Below, one piece after another: positions 63,483 to 64,000 of a stretch of DNA of 64,000 bases. The translations under genes were made by a program, and so were the position numbers. Below the pieces are notes generated by a model. That model saw only the letters and a list, made by a program, of their open reading frames with translations. It did not search any database and was not told the DNA's origin. The stretch lies in the sequence record MT028491.1; one strand, given 5' to 3'. Numbering within the stretch: the stretch's first letter is position 1; every line of letters starts with the position of its first letter.

Positions 63483-64000
63483 ATGAAACCAAATAATAGA
63501 GACAACATTCTACTTAATGGAAGATTTCGTTTCCAAAGAATAGCTCAAATTCCAAAAAGCCCTACAGTATTCTATGAAGGAATATTGTGTGAAAAATGGA
63601 AAGTGTTCTCTGAAAACGGAAAACCATTGCTTATACACTCTGATACAATTAATGAAGAAACATTTGTTACTTTCATTTCAAATTCGGATGAAGAAAATGA
63701 ATTTGGTCTATACCAACGACATGAAGGTGCGGGTAGAATAATCGATCAAATGGTTGCCGGTATTGATGTTGGTTCTTCTCATAGCGGTTCTATGGATGTT
63801 GAGCTAACTAGAAAATATAACGGAATCACTGAGACGTTTACACAAACGATCACAATTCCAAGAGAAGTCAAGAGGGTATTTGCTCACTTTGACATTCCAG
63901 AACATCAGTATGATGCAACCATGGAATTCAATTCTAAATACTTCGAATTTCGAATTCGTTTCAAGACGTGTGAAAACAATGCAAAAATCAGCGTCGGTAA
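63483..64000 (+). CDS. partial ORF running off the window, fibre C-terminal-like domain
   Basis: MKPNNRDNILLNGRFRFQR..EKWK..GLYQRHEG..TITIPREVKR; open to window end. Confidence 0.7.
   Translation, partial: MKPNNRDNILLNGRFRFQRIAQIPKSPTVFYEGILCEKWKVFSENGKPLLIHSDTINEETFVTFISNSDEENEFGLYQRHEGAGRIIDQMVAGIDVGSSHSGSMDVELTRKYNGITETFTQTITIPREVKRVFAHFDIPEHQYDATMEFNSKYFEFRIRFKTCENNAKISVG

Noticed and set aside
1-64000. CRISPR arrays, IS elements, integrase, rRNA, alternative genetic code
   Set aside because: No regularly spaced repeats, no transposase or integrase motifs, no rRNA. Standard-code ORFs tile the window densely.

Overview
64 kb of an AT-rich, T4-superfamily-like lytic phage genome, most likely infecting an alphaproteobacterium (Rhizobiales-like). 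Host evidence: a GapR homolog, an alphaproteobacteria-type tRNA-His lacking G-1 and an Omp25/RopB-like porin. Most genes lie on the minus strand and are driven by many sigma70-type promoters (TTGACA-N17-TAnnnT); virion-fibre genes and homing endonucleases have T4-like late promoters ([T/C]ATAAATA). Recognisable proteins: SF1 helicase, ATP-dependent DNA ligase, DNA methyltransferase, IrrE/ImmA-like protein, YqeY, YgiB/YgiC-like pair, beta-helix protein, HNH and GIY-YIG nucleases, fibre proteins, metallophosphoesterase and a Lar-like protein. The main feature is a minus-strand RNA array (~17.0-34.1 kb) with about 28 tRNA or tRNA-like genes covering all 20 amino acids. It is interleaved with several structurally aberrant tRNAs and at least six ORF-free structured candidate ncRNAs, including a twin hairpin presenting anti-Shine-Dalgarno loops and a large RNA closed by a perfect 22-bp helix. 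About 14 divergent orphan ORFs share a C-terminal [hydrophobic]-x-x-[I/L/M]-x-x-x-H motif. All family names come from motif recognition by eye and all RNA structures from manual pairing; no database searches or folding programs were run.
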